From the IMG/VR virus record IMGVR_UViG_3300012942_000084, positions 1-38,456 of that record: DNA of 38,456 nt. One strand, given 5' to 3'. This document shows positions 35,105 to 38,456 of this stretch, in pieces. The position numbers and the translations under genes are program-made. Positions within the stretch are counted from its first letter, which is position 1; each line of letters starts with the position of its first letter. Under the pieces are notes generated by a model. It saw only the letters and a list, made by a program, of their open reading frames with translations. It searched no databases and had not been told where the DNA came from. Source of the DNA: a virus. Its lineage: Duplodnaviria; Caudoviricetes.

Positions 35105-35349
35105 GACCCGCCGCTCGGCTTCTCCGGCAGGCTGGTCGCGGACGGGGTGCCGTCCGTGGCGGGCTCGTGCTCGGTCGGGTCGGTGTTCGGGAACACGTAG
35201 ACCCCGATCGCGGTGAGCACACTGGAGACGATGCCGAGCCAGTGCGGCGGCTGCGGCAGGCTGATCAGCAGCGTGGTGACGATCGCGCCGAGCAGCCCGA
35301 TTACCGCCTTCGCGTAGGGCTGGAGGGGCGCGGGAATGATGTTGACCAT
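35101..35349 (-). CDS. Holin (2 TM)
   Basis: YAKAV......TAIGVY.FPN actinophage holin pattern; directly downstream of endolysin. Confidence 0.82.
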   Translation of the reverse strand: MVNIIPAPLQPYAKAVIGLLGAIVTTLLISLPQPPHWLGIVSSVLTAIGVYVFPNTDPTEHEPATDGTPSATSLPEKPSGGS

Positions 35350-35362
35350 GTGGGGTGTCTCC

Positions 35363-36211
35363 TTACTTGACGCCGAGCTTGTGGCAGATGGCTTCGATGG
35401 ATTCGGTGCCCAGGATCGAGTCGACCGAGTTGCCGCGCAGACCCGCCCACCGCTGGGTGTGAGCCGCGGTGTCGGGGCCTCCGATACCGTCCTGCTTCGC
35501 GCCGACGAGCCGCTGCCACGCCTTCATCCCGACGCTGCCGCGGGCGTTCTTCCTGGTCGTCCAGTGGATGGTGGTCCACCGGTCGCGGGGGAAGTTACGC
35601 AGATAGGTCGAATCCTGGGAGTCGAACCATCCGTCGTGCCGGCCGGGAGACTTCGCTGCCACCTGCATGGCGGTCACGACGCGTTCGCCGGCGACCCAGC
35701 CCTTCACCGTGGGTGTCATTGGGGTGGGTGTGCCCTCGAGCCACTTGGACATGTCCACGAAGCCGTCGAGGTCTCCCAGGAGCCGGGTGGCCGCGTAGAC
35801 ACCGATCGGGCCACTGGTGCCACCGCGGGTGTTGCCACCGACCTCGGGAACCTTCGACCCGGATGGTGCGCCGCGGCTGATGGAGACGTGGTCGACGTCG
35901 CCGACACCGCCCCAGTTCCAGACGTCGAGGTCGCTGGCCTGCAGGTGCCCGGCATACGCCCGGGATCGATAGACACCGAGCCGGATCGCTGCGGCCTTGA
36001 TCGCGGGGACGGAGAAGATCGGGGTCACACCGACCGGCATGATCGCCTTCAACCCGGCATGGGTCTGGCACCAGCCGGTGAAGGTGCCGCACCACGCGTA
36101 ACCGTTCCAGGCGGGGTAGAGCTCGGCGTAGTACTTGTTGGTGTTGCCGGGACCGGAACGGTACCCGACCTCGGCCATGGCGACGTTGAGGAGCCGGGTG
36201 CGAGTGGTCAC
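35363..36211 (-). CDS. Endolysin: CHAP domain plus peptidoglycan-binding repeats
   Basis: EVGY...NKY...AWCGTF..WC, DHV, GGNT; C-terminal Q...G...DG..GP.T repeats. Confidence 0.9.
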   Translation of the reverse strand: MTTRTRLLNVAMAEVGYRSGPGNTNKYYAELYPAWNGYAWCGTFTGWCQTHAGLKAIMPVGVTPIFSVPAIKAAAIRLGVYRSRAYAGHLQASDLDVWNWGGVGDVDHVSISRGAPSGSKVPEVGGNTRGGTSGPIGVYAATRLLGDLDGFVDMSKWLEGTPTPMTPTVKGWVAGERVVTAMQVAAKSPGRHDGWFDSQDSTYLRNFPRDRWTTIHWTTRKNARGSVGMKAWQRLVGAKQDGIGGPDTAAHTQRWAGLRGNSVDSILGTESIEAICHKLGVK

Positions 36212-36348
36212 TATTCGCTCCCTTCCTCGTCGTCGACGTCGTCGTCGGGCGCGACACGGTCGGTGTCGACACCGCCGTTGCTGGTCTTCGCGAGCAGCTC
36301 GCCGGCCTCCTGGTCGGTGAGCCCCTCGAACGGGTTCTCGTCGGACAT
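36211..36348 (-). CDS. Small acidic peptide (45 aa) coupled to endolysin, not in ORF track
   Basis: GAAAGAGA RBS; MSDENPFEGLTDQEAGELLAK...DDDVDDEEGSE; TAG overlaps the endolysin GTG. Confidence 0.65.
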   Translation of the reverse strand: MSDENPFEGLTDQEAGELLAKTSNGGVDTDRVAPDDDVDDEEGSE

Positions 36349-36375
36349 GACGGATCTCTCTTTCGTGCGGACATG

Positions 36376-36409
36376 CGAAAGCCCCGGAGCCTGGAATGGC
36401 TACGGGGCG
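36376..36409 (-). terminator. Terminator-like hairpin upstream of endolysin
   Basis: Minus strand GCCCCGTAGCC-ATTCCA-GGCTCCGGGGC followed by TTTCG. Confidence 0.55.
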
Positions 36410-36422
36410 CAGATGGGGTGGC

Positions 36423-36884
36423 TCAGTCGACGGCTGGTGGTGCGGCACCACCGGTGAGGTCCGGAGACCACATGCGGATGATCGCGAGGATCTCCGCCGG
36501 CGTCGGCGGCAGGGGCGGGATCGAACCGTCCTCGATGCCCCGCCGGAGCTCGACGATGTGCTCAGCGAGGAAACCCTGCAGCGACCGGAAGGTCTGATTC
36601 TCCGACTGCAGCCGGGCGATGTGCTGATCCTGCTGGTCCGAGCGGTGACGCTCGTCCCGCAGGTCCTGCTCGACGGTCGCCAGACGCCGCAGCGCGTGCT
36701 GATGGTCACGTTCGACCTTCGACAGCCGGCGACGGTAGTCGTCCATGCTGTCCGCGATCGCCTGGTTGGGGTCGACATTCTCCGTGACGGATCCGGCGCT
36801 GCGGCCAACCCGCCGGAGCCCGAGGACGGCGACGATCAGGGAACAGACCCCACCGATGGCGTAGTAGACGATCTCCGGGTTCAC
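36423..36884 (-). CDS. Single-TM coiled-coil lysis-cassette protein
   Basis: N-terminal TM, long heptad region, PPLPP motif; GTGA-coupled. Confidence 0.78.
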   Translation of the reverse strand: MNPEIVYYAIGGVCSLIVAVLGLRRVGRSAGSVTENVDPNQAIADSMDDYRRRLSKVERDHQHALRRLATVEQDLRDERHRSDQQDQHIARLQSENQTFRSLQGFLAEHIVELRRGIEDGSIPPLPPTPAEILAIIRMWSPDLTGGAAPPAVD

Positions 36885-37312
36885 TGGTCGCCCTCCCCGC
36901 CGCCACCGAAGCGGATGGGTTCTCGCCAGCCGGCCATCACGAAGATCAGCCCGACGAAGGCGACGTTCCGGATCCCGGAAAGGGCGACGTCGGTCAACCG
37001 CGGGGTGCCGATCGCCTCGACCGCCGCATCCGCGTAGACCGCGAGCGCGTAGATGGCCATTACCTGGACGGCGACCCATCCGGGTGCGTCGCGGCCTTGG
37101 GCGCGGAACGCCTGGTGGCAGGCGCCGAGACCGGTGATGATCCATCCGGCGGCCTGCAACCACCACGGCGTGTGGGAGTAGAGCCAGTAACCGGGGACGG
37201 ATCCGGGGTGGTGGAGCAGGTCGGAGACACCCTCGAGGATCCAGATGATGCCGATGATGAGCAGGGCCGCGCCGCGGCGGCCGAGCAGGTGACGAACTGG
37301 CTGGGTGTCCAC
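36881..37312 (-). CDS. Four-TM membrane protein (holin-like)
   Basis: LGRRG..L...G..W...G; four hydrophobic segments; AAGGAG RBS. Confidence 0.8.
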   Translation of the reverse strand: MDTQPVRHLLGRRGAALLIIGIIWILEGVSDLLHHPGSVPGYWLYSHTPWWLQAAGWIITGLGACHQAFRAQGRDAPGWVAVQVMAIYALAVYADAAVEAIGTPRLTDVALSGIRNVAFVGLIFVMAGWREPIRFGGGGEGDQ

Positions 37313-37325
37313 GGTGGTGGCTCCT

Positions 37326-38456
37326 TCAGACGATGCCGAACTTGCGGTTGGACGACTGGATCGTGGACGTTTGGATCCGCCGGTTCGCGCCCATCGCGAG
37401 CCCGTCCGATCGTTGGATCTTCCGCAGCGGTGGGGTGACGGTCTGCTCGGCGGGCTTCCAATAGCGGAAGGTTCCTGAGGTGATCGTCGATCGACGGACG
37501 GTAAACTGGGCGGTGAGATTGTCGTTTGCCCCCGTGAACCCGCCTCCACCGCTGACGCCGGTCACCGCACCCGCGCCAAGCATCATCGTCGGCCGGGCGT
37601 ACACGATGTAGTTGCCGGGGGTCGCGGGTAACGTCCAGATCCCCGACGCCGTCAGGTCACCAGAGATGGGGGTTGCGTCGGGCCCTCCGGAGAGAACAAT
37701 GCTGCCCGTTTTGTTGCCGGTGAACCCTGGGACCGGGTCGACGGTGTACTTCCACGCGGAGCTGCCCAGGAATTGTGAGGTCACGGACGATTCGGTGGGA
37801 TCGAAACCGATGCTCCATGTGTCATCGCTCGCGCCACCGGCGGGGTTCCAGTTGTCGTAGTAGGCGTCGACGTCGATCACGATCGGGGTTGACGTCGCTG
37901 GGGCCTCGGCTTCACCCGCGCCGGCGTCTTCGTAGACGAAGTAGTTCGGGTCATAAATCCAGTCGACACCCCATGCCAGGTCATCCGCGTAGTTCGCGAG
38001 GCCGCCGAACGCGCCGTCCGGGTCGGCCACTGACATGAAGGCGTCGTTCGCGACCACGGACCCGTTGGAATACCACATGAGTCCCGACGTGCTATAGCCG
38101 ACGCTCGCCCGACCACGAGCGCTGAACGTGCTCCCGGAGCTTGCCGTCCAGCTGGGGTCGGGTGCGACCCATCCTGTCCCCCCTGCGGCTGCGGTCAACA
38201 GTGCGGTCAGGTCGGCGTTGGATGGTTTCGACGACGATGTCGCTGTAGCTTGCGCGCCGTTATCGCCGCCGAACCGGATACCGCTGGCCAGGACGCTTGT
38301 GGTCGTGACGGGACCGTGCTCGGCCCAACTGCCAGGAAGATCCCCGCTGTACCGGGTTTCGCCGGCAGTAGAGAAGATGATGAGCGCGGCGGCGGTGTCG
38401 ATCTGCACGGTTCCGGAGGTGCACGAGATCTGCCCGTCCACGCCATACCAGTCGAA
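37326..38456 (-). CDS. Minor tail / receptor-binding-like protein, 5' end beyond right edge
   Basis: Open frame to base 38456; Gly/Ser/Thr/aromatic-rich; directly upstream of lysis genes. Confidence 0.75.
   Translation of the reverse strand, partial: FDWYGVDGQISCTSGTVQIDTAAALIIFSTAGETRYSGDLPGSWAEHGPVTTTSVLASGIRFGGDNGAQATATSSSKPSNADLTALLTAAAGGTGWVAPDPSWTASSGSTFSARGRASVGYSTSGLMWYSNGSVVANDAFMSVADPDGAFGGLANYADDLAWGVDWIYDPNYFVYEDAGAGEAEAPATSTPIVIDVDAYYDNWNPAGGASDDTWSIGFDPTESSVTSQFLGSSAWKYTVDPVPGFTGNKTGSIVLSGGPDATPISGDLTASGIWTLPATPGNYIVYARPTMMLGAGAVTGVSGGGGFTGANDNLTAQFTVRRSTITSGTFRYWKPAEQTVTPPLRKIQRSDGLAMGANRRIQTSTIQSSNRKFGIV

Larger units (their letters stand above)
1..38456. mobile_element. Temperate actinobacteriophage (siphovirus), circularly permuted, unintegrated (intact attP)
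   Basis: Packaging, head, tail, lysis, integration, immunity and replication modules are all present. No host housekeeping genes. Minus-strand tail genes lie at both edges and attP is intact. Confidence 0.93.

Noticed and set aside
35363-36808. 481-aa endolysin as given in the ORF track
   Set aside because: The N-terminal extension overlaps two better-supported genes; the real start is most likely GTG 36211.
37326-38456. Diversity-generating retroelement target or invertible tail-fibre cassette
   Set aside because: No reverse transcriptase, template/variable repeat pair or invertase seen in the window.

Overview
The whole window is a high-GC actinobacterial temperate siphovirus in circularly permuted, unintegrated form. 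On the minus strand, one arm runs from a Cro-like HTH (~29.9 kb) through early/replication genes (two ParB-domain proteins, WhiB, MazG-like/DUF4406 fusion, J-domain protein, HNH-containing replication protein), then HNH, ParB-methyltransferase, terminase, portal, ClpP-type protease, capsid, neck, tail and tape measure, and off the left edge. Tail and lysis genes (CHAP endolysin, holin) resume at the right edge. On the plus strand (30.0-34.6 kb) are the repressor, three small ORFs, a tyrosine integrase and an accessory block. The 3' half of a tRNA-Arg(ACG) (attP core, 30531-30569) lies inside the repressor ORF, in the frame where integration would create a TAG and remove the last 21 aa. This is the integration-dependent immunity switch known from mycobacteriophage BPs, here with an extra repressor domain and extra genes. 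The best candidate for an uncharacterised system is a coupled two-gene cassette (DUF6932-like nucleotidyltransferase plus a 301-aa partner, 33207-34636). All family assignments come from motif recognition by eye, not from database searches.
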